Shown: piece by piece, positions 1 to 9,492 of the stretch
Layout of the letters: every line of letters begins with the position of its first letter
How positions within the stretch are numbered: position 1 is the stretch's first letter
Assembly: GCA_965213925.1 (NCBI GenBank)
Contig: OZ243927.1
Coordinates: 1,536,001 to 1,600,000, forward strand
DNA length: 64,000 nucleotides
Direction of reading: 5' to 3'
Source of the DNA: Trueperaceae bacterium
GTDB lineage: Bacteria; Deinococcota; Deinococci; Deinococcales; Trueperaceae
Position numbers and translations under genes: made by a program
Notes under the pieces: generated by a model
The model's database searches: none
Told to the model about the DNA's origin: nothing
Seen by the model: the letters and a program-made list of their open reading frames with translations, nothing else

Positions 1-1102
1 TCTCGGGCTGCTCCAGCACTTGAGTGAGACGCCGCGCCGCGCTCTGCGGGTCGTCTAAGGTCCAGTAACGTCCCTCGACACCATCCCGAAAGACCTCGGG
101 CACGCCGCCCACAGGCACGGCAAAAACGGGTTTGCCTACCGCCATCGCCTCCAGCAAAACGATGCCGAAACTTTCCATGTGCGCGGCGTGGACGTAGGCG
201 CGGTGCTCGGGGATGAGGGTCCAGGCTCGGGGCACTGCGCCCGTGAAGGAGACGAAGTCGCGCAGGCCCAAGCTGTCGGTAAGCTCCTCTAACCTCTTTC
301 GCTCTGAGCCGTCGCCGACGACGCTGAGGCGGTAAGGATGCCCCGCTGCGTGCGCGGCGGCTAAAACGCGGAGCAAAAAGGCTTGATTCTTGCGCGGCTC
401 CAGCGTTCCTATCGTGATGAGGTCGGCGGTGACGGGTCGCGGCTCCGCGTCCGTGCGCGGCACGAAATTCGGCACGACGTAGCGCGGCACTTTGTAAATT
501 TCAGGGACGACCTCGAGGACCTGCTCTTCCATGAAGTGAGAGACGAAAACCAGGCGGTCCATACGCGGCAAAACGCGCCGGTCGCGCATGGTCATCTGCT
601 CGTACAAGCGCCCACCCCTCCGAATCGCCCCTTTGCCGACCCACTCCTCCGCCGCCGAGAGGTTGACGTGAACCGCCAAAACGATTTCCAGGTCGTACCC
701 TTCATCTCGGAGCGAGAGCGCCGCCTCCGCGCTCACGGGGTCTTGGGCGTAGATGAGGGCGGGCGTGCCGGGCTCCAACCTCTTCCTTAGCGCGCGGCGC
801 ATCAGGAAGAGGCGGGCGCGTTCGTAGTACCAAGCGTGAAGAGGACCGGAGAGTTTTTCCAGCCCTTTCCCAGTGCCAAGTATAGGGTAGGTTAGTAAGG
901 GAGAGACGCTAAAGGGCGAGACGACCTCCGCGTGAATGCCGACCTCTTTTGCGACGTCTAAAAGGACGTGGAAGTGCTTCTGAATCCCGCCTATCGTCCC
1001 CGTCGGGCGGTGCAAGGTGGCGACGATGATAGGTCTGATAAACGAGGTCTTACTGATCCCTTCATTCTCAGCGATTTGGTTGACGACCTCATTGGTCGTC
1101 AT
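1..1102 (-). CDS. Glycosyltransferase family 4 (runs off the left edge)
   Basis: Not in the ORF track. Manual translation from ATG at 1102 gives MTTNEVVNQIAENE..., with a GT4 C-terminal motif AHMESFGIVLLEAMAVGKPVFAVPVGGVPE. Confidence 0.85.
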   Translation of the reverse strand, partial: MTTNEVVNQIAENEGISKTSFIRPIIVATLHRPTGTIGGIQKHFHVLLDVAKEVGIHAEVVSPFSVSPLLTYPILGTGKGLEKLSGPLHAWYYERARLFLMRRALRKRLEPGTPALIYAQDPVSAEAALSLRDEGYDLEIVLAVHVNLSAAEEWVGKGAIRRGGRLYEQMTMRDRRVLPRMDRLVFVSHFMEEQVLEVVPEIYKVPRYVVPNFVPRTDAEPRPVTADLITIGTLEPRKNQAFLLRVLAAAHAAGHPYRLSVVGDGSERKRLEELTDSLGLRDFVSFTGAVPRAWTLIPEHRAYVHAAHMESFGIVLLEAMAVGKPVFAVPVGGVPEVFRDGVEGRYWTLDDPQSAARRLTQVLEQPE

Positions 1103-1134
1103 GAATTTAGGTAGTAGAACTTAGAAGTATTAGA

Positions 1135-1318
1135 TACACTGTCAGATAAATAATGAAACATGTCATTCTGTTCACGAAGTCGGGCGTCAAGCCTTGCGGA
1201 ACGAAGTGGAGAGAAAGAATCTCTGCATTTGCCTCCTTGTCTAACAGAGATTGCAAGACGAGACCCCTCGGCTGCGCTCGGGGTGACAACAGTGATGCAA
1301 ATCTTTGTTGACAGTGTA
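1135..1318. mobile_element. MITE-like element carrying a REP-like doublet, copy 1
   Basis: Terminal IR TACACTGTCA (1135-1144) / TGACAGTGTA (1309-1318). Internal TGTCATTCTG...GAAAGAATCTC and GAGACCCCTCG...CTCGGGGTGACA palindromes. Confidence 0.75.
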
Positions 1319-1323
1319 GCAAA

Positions 1324-1492
1324 TACACTGTCAACTAAAGAAAGAGTGATGTCATTCTGAACGGAGCGACAGCGGAGTGAAAGAATCTCTGACCGCCTTC
1401 TCCTTAGTGAGAGATTGAAAGGCGAGACCCCTCGACTGCGCTGCGCTTCGCTCGGGGTGACAACAGTGTCGCAAAACTTAGTTGACAGTTTA
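1324..1492. mobile_element. MITE-like element carrying a REP-like doublet, copy 2 (tandem to copy 1)
   Basis: TACACTGTCA (1324) ... TGACAGTTTA (1483-1492) with the same internal palindromes. Flanks are GCAAA/GTAAA. Confidence 0.75.
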
Positions 1493-1594
1493 GTAAATCC
1501 GATGCTAGGTAAAGAATGAGTCATATCATTATTCTGCCTTCTGATTTTCTACGCAGCGCCGAACTATCCTCAACCTATTCTACTCACACAACGC

Positions 1595-3064
1595 CTAACG
1601 TGCGCCGTTGGGTTTGACGACGACTTGCACCGTCTCGCAGAGCAGGATGAAGTCCCACCAAACCGACCAGTTGCGCACGTAGTGTTCCTCCATCCAGAGC
1701 CGCTCCTCGAAGCGCACGTTGTTGCGCTCTGAAACCTGCCAGTGACCCGTCATGCCCGGCTTCGCCTCGAAGACGATGTGGTTGGTTTTGGGGATGTTGG
1801 CGAGTTCTTCTAAGAGGTAGGGGCGCGGTCCGACTAGGCTCATCTCGCCGACGAAGACGTTGAGGAGTTGCGGCAGTTCGTCCAGGCTGTATTTGCGCAG
1901 CACCCGGCCGGCTGAGGTGACGCGCGGGTCGTCCTGGAGTTTATGAAATAGCTCGTATTCGGCGCGGTACCTGGGGTCACGCTCGAAGAGGTGCTGAAGC
2001 TGCGTTTCGGCGTCTACGTGCATACTCCGGAACTTAAAGCAGCGAAAAGGCGCGCCGCGCTGACCGACGCGCTGGCTGCGGTAGAGCGCGGGTCCGGGGC
2101 TGCCCAAACGAATCCAGAGGTAGATCGCCGCGAGTACCGGAAACAAAAAGAGGAGGGCGAGCCCTGAGCCCACGATGTCCACCGTGCGCTTTACGCTCCG
2201 GTTGAGGCTCGAGCTTAGATTGTTTCTGACGTTTAGAGTCATCATGTTATGCAGCCCGCTGGCGTAGCGCTTCGTGGTCTCTAAGCTCGAGAGGTCGGAA
2301 ATGAACTTGAGCTTTTTAGGGACGCCCCCGTCCCTGCCCACCGTGAGTTTGAGCCCGTGGTCGGGTAGCCCGGTGTGGGTCACGAACACGTGTTTGAGCC
2401 CGCGGCTCTCGATGTAGTGCTCCGCGTCCGCCAAGGTGCCTCTCACCGGCACCCCCGCGAGGCTGCGCCCGGCACTCTCGGGGTTGTGGTCGAAGAACGC
2501 GACGGGGTTAAAGCCGACTAAGGGGCGCGACTGCATCACCTCCGCGACGAGCTTGCCCGTCGTGTTCGCGCCGATGATGACCACGGGCATGCCCCAAACG
2601 CCTAAGGAGAGGAGCAGGCGCTTGGTGACGTACTTGAGCACCGGGCTTATCACCATGCCGATGGTCGTAGCTAGGACCGTAAACGTCACGGGTAAGAGGA
2701 TGAATTCGCTGACGAACAAGCTGATGCCTAAAATAATAAACCCGACGTAAAAGGTGCCGACGACCTGCTTTCTGAGGTGCTGAATCGCGGTGATGCCGTA
2801 GCCCGGATAGAGCCCTTCGCGCAGGTACATGAGCGGCCATAAAAGCAGAAAAAAGAGGGTCGCGCGGCCCGCCGAGACGATGACGCTGCTGGGCGCGCCG
2901 AATAAGATGTGGATATAGTCAGCGGCGAGAATCGCGAGTAGCGCGCTCGTCAAGTCGGTGACGACGAGCGCGCTAATGACCGAAGAAGAGCGCAGAGTGA
3001 GTAGGCTCGAGCGCTTTCTCGCCCTGCTGGAACGCCAAGTCAAATTTTTGAACGGTTGTAGCAT
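1595..3064 (-). CDS. Undecaprenyl-phosphate glycosyl-1-phosphate transferase (WbaP/WcaJ-like priming glycosyltransferase)
   Basis: N-terminal TM helices, a CoA-binding-like middle domain, and a C-terminal sugar transferase domain ([40 protein letters not shown]). Confidence 0.92.
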   Translation of the reverse strand: MLQPFKNLTWRSSRARKRSSLLTLRSSSVISALVVTDLTSALLAILAADYIHILFGAPSSVIVSAGRATLFFLLLWPLMYLREGLYPGYGITAIQHLRKQVVGTFYVGFIILGISLFVSEFILLPVTFTVLATTIGMVISPVLKYVTKRLLLSLGVWGMPVVIIGANTTGKLVAEVMQSRPLVGFNPVAFFDHNPESAGRSLAGVPVRGTLADAEHYIESRGLKHVFVTHTGLPDHGLKLTVGRDGGVPKKLKFISDLSSLETTKRYASGLHNMMTLNVRNNLSSSLNRSVKRTVDIVGSGLALLFLFPVLAAIYLWIRLGSPGPALYRSQRVGQRGAPFRCFKFRSMHVDAETQLQHLFERDPRYRAEYELFHKLQDDPRVTSAGRVLRKYSLDELPQLLNVFVGEMSLVGPRPYLLEELANIPKTNHIVFEAKPGMTGHWQVSERNNVRFEERLWMEEHYVRNWSVWWDFILLCETVQVVVKPNGAR

Positions 3065-3253
3065 AATTGCCCCTCGCCGTAGCCACTAAATAAACCGTGC
3101 GTTCACGTAGCGCGCAAGTGCGCGCGCCGCTATTCGTGCCTGATTCGCTGATTAGGTTAAGGGCTGGAAAGGTGTTGACGCTTAGGAATATGCCACCCAA
3201 AAGGTGTGTTTGAACAGCTCCCCTCTGTTCTGGTGTTGCCCCCCTTGTATTGG

Positions 3254-3316
3254 TGTGAGAAACTTCACGGTTGCTCTCACATTTGGAGTCTATAACAGGT
3301 CGCGCGCCGGATGCAA
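3254..3316 (-). promoter_or_regulatory. Putative promoter with CRP/FNR-like site upstream of the priming transferase
   Basis: TGTGA-N6-TCACG at 3254-3269; minus-strand TTGCAT ... TAGACT; resembles 7598-7653. Confidence 0.45.
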
Positions 3317-3530
3317 CTGTTCACGCTGCGGGGTGAAAAAATGTGAAGTGTAAAGTAAAAACCGAACGCGCATGCGCTTTTTGCCTTACACTTCGTGTTC
3401 ACAGAGGGCTTGCTCCCGGCGCACTACCCTACCTCTTGCGGTCTGTCGCGCGCCGCGCTCATTCCTGCTTATCTTAACGCGCGTGGTGTCATGAGAGGTT
3501 CAGCTTGGAGCGCGCAGATGCGTCCTAGCG

Positions 3531-5016
3531 CTACGAACTCTCCGAAACCGCGAGCTGAGACCCCTCGCGCAGACCGTTGGGTACGGGGTAGACCACCTGC
3601 GTGCCGGGGCTCAGACCGTTCACGGCGACCCTACCTTCGACTTCGGCGAGCACCTCGACCTCTTGACGAACGGCGACGCTTCCCTCCGCGTCCTCGCCCT
3701 CTCCCCCGGCTCCCGCTTCGACCACGTAGACGAACGTCTCGCCGACCTCGCTCTGCACCGCACCTGCGGGCAAGAGGGTGCCCTCAGCGGCTTTATAGGC
3801 GTAAGGGAGCTGCGTGACGACGCCGTTAGGGATTTGGGTCTGCGAGCCGTAGAAGCGGGCGGTGATTTCGACGAGCTGCGTTTCGGGGTTCACGCGGCTC
3901 TGACTCAGCACCTTCGCGCCGTAGTCGAGGCCGCCATACTTGATGTAGAGGATGCCCTGCTCCACGACGCGCTCCGCAACGTCCAGCGGCACGTTGAAGC
4001 GGGCGACCTGCTCGGCGTTATTGGCGAGCCGAAAGACCGGCACGCCGCCCTGCACGCTCTCGCCCTCCTCGACGAGCATCTCGATGATTTCGCCCGAGAA
4101 GGGGGCGCGGATGGTGGCGGCTTGCAGGGCTTGGCGTATCCTGGCGAGCCGCGTCTGCGCCTGCCCCAAGGTGAGGCGCAAAATCTCCAAGCCTTCACCC
4201 GACGCGCGCTGGCTTCTCGCGACCGCGTTCTGCGCGTCGCTGTAAACGGTCTCTGCTTGGACGAACTGCGCTTCTAAGTTCGTGAGTTCGGCTAGGGAGA
4301 TGAAGCCTTCGGCGTAGAGTTGCTGCGCTTCGGTGTAGCGCTGGCGGGCGGCGTTTAGGGTCACTTCGGCGCTGCGCAGCCCCGAAGTTGCCCTGGTTTG
4401 CTCCTCTCTGGTTCGCCTGCTGCGCCTGCTGCAACGCGACGCGGGCGCTCTCGACCTCTAGGACTGTGTTTTGCTCCTCTAGCTCTAACGTGTCCGTGTC
4501 CAAGATGATGACGGGTTCGCCTTCGGCGACCTGCGCGTCTTTGCGCTTCAAGATGTTCAGCACGCGCCCGTCCGTGCCCGCCGCGATGCGGCTCTCCTGG
4601 GCGGGCTCGACGATAACCGAGGTCACGCGCGTCGCGTTGAGCGCGCCCGCCTCGGCGACGACGACCTCGACGGGGCGCGCTTGGGGTTGCAGTTGGGCGT
4701 CTTGAGATTCTGAGCCTGACGACTCCTCTTGCGCCCGCGCCACGCCGACAAGCTCGGCCGCGCTGCGCGGCAAAACTTCGCCCGGGTCGTCTTGCGCGAC
4801 CCCAATCGCGTCTACCTCGCCCCCGTCTATCTCGCCCCCGTCTATCTTGGCTGCGTCTAGCTGCTGTACTGGTTCGCTGACCTGCTCCTCTTGAACGCCA
4901 GCGCGTAAACCGGGCACCGCGCTGTCCTGGCGCAGCCACAAGCTAGCGAGCAGCCCTAAACCTATGAAGGTGCCCAAGAGCAGAAATAGACGAAAGCGCA
5001 CCCTATACCCCATCAT
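3531..5016 (-). pseudogene. Efflux periplasmic adaptor (MFP/HlyD family), split by a frameshift near 4391-4393
   Basis: ORFs 4195..5016 and 3531..4364 carry the two lipoyl half-motifs (GRVLNILKRKDAQVAEGE; IRAPFSGEI). Removing one G from CAGGGCAAC joins them (ANQATSGLRSAEVTLN). May be a sequencing error. Confidence 0.8.
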
Positions 5017-5081
5017 TCTCCACCTCCACTGACCTCATCCGTTCTCCCTACCGCTCTCCACTGCCTGAACCGTTGCTTAAG

Positions 5082-6161
5082 TTATCTCGGGTTATTCGCG
5101 TCGCCGCCCGAACCGCTCTGCGGGGCTAAGCCCGTCGGCTCGACTTCGTCCAAGCCCGTCAGCTCGGTGAGTGAGCCCGCTTGAAGCGCCAAGAGCGCGC
5201 TCAGGTACGCGCTGCGCGCCGCTAACGCCTCGAACTCGGCTTCGTGAAAGGCAACCTCGGTCTGCTGCAGCTCGAGCTGGGAGACGAGCCCCGCTTCCAG
5301 GCGGTTTTGCTGCGCGGCGAGCCGCTCGCGCGCGTTCGTCAGCCGGTCCTGCGCGACCTCGTACGCCGTGCGCGTCGTCTGCGCCTGCGAGTAGAGGTCG
5401 CGCACGGTGAGCGCGTAGTCGCGCGAGACCTCCTGCGCGGTCTCCTGGGCCGCCTCTAAACGCACGCCCGCGCTCTGAATCTCGGAGCGCGGCGTGAACA
5501 TCGGGTCCAAGAGGTCGCTGCCGAGTTCGGCTAGCTCGAGGGCTTGACGCGCCTCTAAGACCGTAGGGTGAGACTCGGCGGTCGTAAGGACGCGCTCCAA
5601 GGGCGGCACGCTGACCAGCGCCGCGTCGGGGATAGGCTCTAGCGCTTCTAGCGTCACGCTCTGTTCCAGGAGTCCGTTGAGGCGGCGCTGCGCCAAGTTG
5701 AGCGTCTCTTGCGCGGCGCTCTGCGCCTGCTGCGAACCCTCCAACGCGGTCTGCGCCTCCTGCAGGTCGAGAGTGGTCGCTGTGCCGTTCGCCAGGCGAA
5801 TCTCGGCGGCGCGCACGAGCTGCGCGTTTAAGGACACGCGCCGGCTCGCAAGCTCCGCCTCCTGCCGCGCCTGAAGCGCGTTCGCGTACGCGCTGCCGAC
5901 CTCGGCCAAGCTCCCATAGTACGCCCGCTCGTACGCTGCTTGCGCCAGCTCGAAGCGCTGCCGCGCCGCCTCGACTTCGGGGCGCAGGGCGAGCGGGTCC
6001 GCCTCGCGGCGCGTCAAGTTGACGCGCGCCTCGTCGAGTTCCAACTGCGCGGTCAGGACGCCGGGGCGCTCGGCGATGCTCTCCAGTGCCTCCTCCAAGG
6101 TCAGCGCGAGCGTCCACGTGCCGAAGATGAAAACTAACAGGGTGAGGAGGACTCGCGTCAC
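5082..6161 (-). CDS. TolC-family outer membrane efflux protein
   Basis: Signal peptide then LTLEEAL; two helical repeats (RLANGTATTLDL, RLEAGLVSQLEL). Confidence 0.85.
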   Translation of the reverse strand: MTRVLLTLLVFIFGTWTLALTLEEALESIAERPGVLTAQLELDEARVNLTRREADPLALRPEVEAARQRFELAQAAYERAYYGSLAEVGSAYANALQARQEAELASRRVSLNAQLVRAAEIRLANGTATTLDLQEAQTALEGSQQAQSAAQETLNLAQRRLNGLLEQSVTLEALEPIPDAALVSVPPLERVLTTAESHPTVLEARQALELAELGSDLLDPMFTPRSEIQSAGVRLEAAQETAQEVSRDYALTVRDLYSQAQTTRTAYEVAQDRLTNARERLAAQQNRLEAGLVSQLELQQTEVAFHEAEFEALAARSAYLSALLALQAGSLTELTGLDEVEPTGLAPQSGSGGDANNPR

Positions 6162-7477
6162 GGTCTCGCTCCAGCGGTGAGGCTCGAGGGCGGCAGCGCG
6201 TAGAACTCATAGAGGTCGAAGCGGGCGCTCTGCAGGGCTAGGCGCGCGTTCTGCAAGTCCTGCCCCGCCTCGGTCACGGCGACGGCGGCCTGCTGTGTCT
6301 CCAGGGGTAAGCTCAGCCCGAGTTCCTCGCGCGACTGGGTTTCTTCAAGGGTCTGCTGCGCGTTTTCGAAGCCTCGCCTCGCCAGGTCTAAACTGCGCTG
6401 CGCGCTCGCGAGCGCGTTGTCTAAGCCGACGCGCTCGAGCTGCGAACGCTCCACCACGTTCTGCAAGGCTGCCTCGGCCCGCTGCACTTCGCCCTGCGCC
6501 ACATCTACCGCACCGAAGTCGCTAAGCGCGACATCGTACGAGACCTCCAGGCGAAAGCCCGTGTCCACGCCGTTGCTCGTGTAGCTGTAGCCGACGCGCG
6601 GCGCGAATGCCGACGTACTCACCGAGGTCGTGAGCGCGTTGCGCGCGTCGAGTTCCAGGTTGTAACGCGCCACCACGACGGGCAAGAGGTTGCGCCGCGC
6701 CGCGCCGACGCTGACCTGGTTGAGTGCGATCTCATTTTGCGCGCGCGCCACCGCGAGCGGCGCGTCCGCTTCGGGGACGGGGTACTCGGGCAGCGCGCCG
6801 AGCCGCGCGTCGCCCACGAACGTCTCCAAGCGGAGCGCGGCGAGCGTGAGCGCGTCCTCGGCGTCCGCGCGGAGGTTCTGCGCCGCGCTGACACCGAGTT
6901 CGGCGTCGCGCAGTTCGGGCGGGTTGGCGACGCCGCGCTCTAGGCGCACCCGGACGGCGTCTCTCGAGCCCTCCGCCACGACCACGCCCTCTCGCGCCGC
7001 TTGCACCGACTCCTCGGCGAGCTGTAAGCGCCAAGCAGCCTCCAACGCCTCGACCTCTAAGCTGGTGAGCGCCTCGTTGTAGTCGAGCTGCGCTTGCGCC
7101 AGCGCCAACTCGCTCCGGCGTACGGTGTCGGCGTTTTCGCCGTACAAGAAGGGGCGAAAGACCGCGTTCGTTTCTACGGTAAGGGTCGGGTCGTCCGCGG
7201 GCGGGTCGGGGTTCAGCGCGCTACTGATCTGCAGCCCAAAGGGGTCATACGCCTGACGCAGCCGCGCCTCAGCCAAGGCGAGCGAGGTCTGCGCCGCTTG
7301 CAAGCCGGGGTAGTCCCGGAGCGCCGCGAAAAATTCGAGGTTGCCCTGCGCCGCCCCCACGCCCATTCCCGAGAGCGCTGTCACCATCAGGACGAAGAGG
7401 AGGGGGCGCGCCGGGTTCGCCGCCGTTCGCTCTCGCGTCACTCTAAGCGGTAGAAGTTTGGTAAGTCTCGATTTCAA
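6158..7477 (-). CDS. TolC-family outer membrane efflux protein
   Basis: Helical repeats RLERGVANPPEL and REELGLSLPLET; 4-bp overlap with the next TolC gene. Start uncertain. Confidence 0.8.
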   Translation of the reverse strand: MKSRLTKLLPLRVTRERTAANPARPLLFVLMVTALSGMGVGAAQGNLEFFAALRDYPGLQAAQTSLALAEARLRQAYDPFGLQISSALNPDPPADDPTLTVETNAVFRPFLYGENADTVRRSELALAQAQLDYNEALTSLEVEALEAAWRLQLAEESVQAAREGVVVAEGSRDAVRVRLERGVANPPELRDAELGVSAAQNLRADAEDALTLAALRLETFVGDARLGALPEYPVPEADAPLAVARAQNEIALNQVSVGAARRNLLPVVVARYNLELDARNALTTSVSTSAFAPRVGYSYTSNGVDTGFRLEVSYDVALSDFGAVDVAQGEVQRAEAALQNVVERSQLERVGLDNALASAQRSLDLARRGFENAQQTLEETQSREELGLSLPLETQQAAVAVTEAGQDLQNARLALQSARFDLYEFYALPPSSLTAGARP

Positions 7478-7597
7478 AAGGTTGCCTCTCTAACATTCGT
7501 CATGTTCGCCAGAAACGCGATGTCGATGTAAGGGCTTGATTGCGGCTCAGGTGCGCTTTGGATGTGGCTCAAACTCGAGGGCTCTTCAACGCGAGCT

Positions 7598-7653
7598 TGG
7601 GAGAAATCTCACACCCAAGGCCATCTTATAATGAGGTCGGCGCATAGATGCAA
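7598..7653 (-). promoter_or_regulatory. Putative promoter with CRP/FNR-like site upstream of the TolC operon
   Basis: TGGGA-N6-TCACA at 7598-7613; minus-strand TTGCAT-N17-TATAAG. Confidence 0.45.
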
Positions 7654-8082
7654 AGGGTGAGGAAGCGTGGGGGCAGGATTCACTGTCCACAGACACGTGC
7701 TGACACGTAGCCGCGCTACGTGACTATACTACGCACGCTATGAGGGTGTCCTCATGGATTGATGAAGCGTTGGTGAAAATACTTAGAGCGCGGCGGATTT
7801 GCTACACTACCTCTTGTGAACACGCTGACGCCACACCTCCCACCAGGACGACCTAAGTGTCGCTGTAGTGTAACTCCCTAAGAGGTAAATCGCCGCGTTT
7901 ATGCAACCCATACGACCTAAGAGGGAAGCCCGCGCTTCCCTCTTTTCATTGACTGTCGCCACGTTCTACGAGACCTCGGCGCACAATCCGAGCGTGTGAC
8001 CGAGGCGGTAGCGAGGCAGTCCGCCCGGCGTACGCTAGATAGATAAGCTAGATGAATACGTTTAGAACAAAAAGGAAACACC

Positions 8083-9492
8083 ATGCTGCTCACCCTTTCG
8101 ACCACCCACACCCCCGCGACCGACCTCGGCTACCTCTTGCACAAGCACCCGGACAAGGTGCAGACCTTTAGCCTTCCCTTCGGTCAGGCGCACGTGTTCT
8201 ACCCCGAAGCGAGCGAGGCGCGCTGCGCGGCGGCGCTCATGCTGGACATCGACCCCGTACGTCTGACGCGGCGCGGCGGCGCGCCCCGCTTCGCCCTGCA
8301 GCCGTACGTGAATGACCGCCCCTACGCGACCTCGTCGCTGATGAGCGTGGCGATCGCTCGCGTTTTCGGCAGCGCCTTACAGGGGAAGTGCAAGGAGAAG
8401 CCCGACCTCACTGAAACCCCGTTGCCGCTCCGAGCCACGCTGACCTCTTTACCTTGCCGCAGTTACAAAAATGAGGGTGGCGAAGCCCTTCTGAAGCGAC
8501 TTTTCGGACCGCTCGGCTATACCGTGGAGGCTGAGTCGCATCCGCTCGACGCCGCGTTTCCGGGCTGGGGCGACAGCGCTTACTACCGCGTGACCCTCTC
8601 GGGAATGCGCACGCTCGCCGAGCTGCTCCGCCACCTCTACGTCCTCATCCCCGTTTTAGACGACGACAAGCACTACTGGGTCGAGCAAGACGAAGTGGAG
8701 AAGCTTTTGGCGAAGGGCGAAGGCTGGTTAGAGAATCATCCCGAGCGTGACCTCATCGCGAAGCGTTACCTCAAACATCAGCGGGGTTTGGCGGCGTCGG
8801 CGCTGGAGGCTTTCGCCGCAGATGAACCGGAACCCGTAGCGAAGCTGGACCCCGTAAACACCGTCAGGCTCCACGATGAACGCCTGAACTGGGTACGTGA
8901 CCGGCTTAAAGAGAGCGGCGCGAGGCGCGTGCTCGACCTCGGCTGCGGCGAGGGCAAGCTCCTCAAGCTGCTCGTGCAAGAACCGCAGTTCGTCCACCTC
9001 ACCGGGATGGACGTGTCGACGCGCGCGCTGGCGAAGGCGTCGCGGTGGCTCGCTTCGGCAAATTCAGCAGGGTGCGTCGACCTCTTTCAGAGTTCACTGC
9101 TCTACCGGGACTCGAGGCTCAGAGGTTTCGACGCTGCCGCTGTCGTCGAAGTGATTGAGCACTTAGCACCCTTCCAGCTCGCCTCATTTGAGGAGAACGT
9201 GTTTGGCTACACGCGACCCGAGACCGTCATCCTCACGACACCCAACCGAGACTACAACGCGCTTTTCGGTCTGGAGGATGGCGCACTGCGCCATCCCGAC
9301 CACCGCTTCGAGTGGACGAGGGCGGAGTTTAGAGCGTGGGCGCAAGAGGTCACGAAGAGGTACGAATACGGACTCGAGCTTACTGCCATCAGCACCGACC
9401 TCTTGCCCGAAGATAGCGAGGTGGGTGCGCCAACGCAGGTCGGGGTATTCAAACTCACTTCGGATGGCGGAAACGAGGAGGTCGCGCGGTGA
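8083..9492 (+). CDS. hen1: 3'-terminal RNA ribose 2'-O-methyltransferase Hen1
   Basis: N-terminus MLLTLSTTHTPATDLGYLLHKHP, then YVNDRPY and LIPVLDDDKHYWV. SAM motif VLDLGCGEG, EVIEHL and HPDHRFEWTR. Overlaps pnkp. Confidence 0.95.
   Translation: MLLTLSTTHTPATDLGYLLHKHPDKVQTFSLPFGQAHVFYPEASEARCAAALMLDIDPVRLTRRGGAPRFALQPYVNDRPYATSSLMSVAIARVFGSALQGKCKEKPDLTETPLPLRATLTSLPCRSYKNEGGEALLKRLFGPLGYTVEAESHPLDAAFPGWGDSAYYRVTLSGMRTLAELLRHLYVLIPVLDDDKHYWVEQDEVEKLLAKGEGWLENHPERDLIAKRYLKHQRGLAASALEAFAADEPEPVAKLDPVNTVRLHDERLNWVRDRLKESGARRVLDLGCGEGKLLKLLVQEPQFVHLTGMDVSTRALAKASRWLASANSAGCVDLFQSSLLYRDSRLRGFDAAAVVEVIEHLAPFQLASFEENVFGYTRPETVILTTPNRDYNALFGLEDGALRHPDHRFEWTRAEFRAWAQEVTKRYEYGLELTAISTDLLPEDSEVGAPTQVGVFKLTSDGGNEEVAR

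Noticed and set aside
383..790. Plus-strand 135-aa ORF
   Set aside because: Antisense shadow of the GT4 gene. The many other Arg/Ala-rich overlapping ORFs in the track were rejected as high-GC shadows for the same reason.
1099..1524. ORFs 1099..1524, 1107..1334 and 1160..1360
   Set aside because: They read through the two MITE/REP copies, and the repeated peptide motifs merely reflect the DNA repeat.
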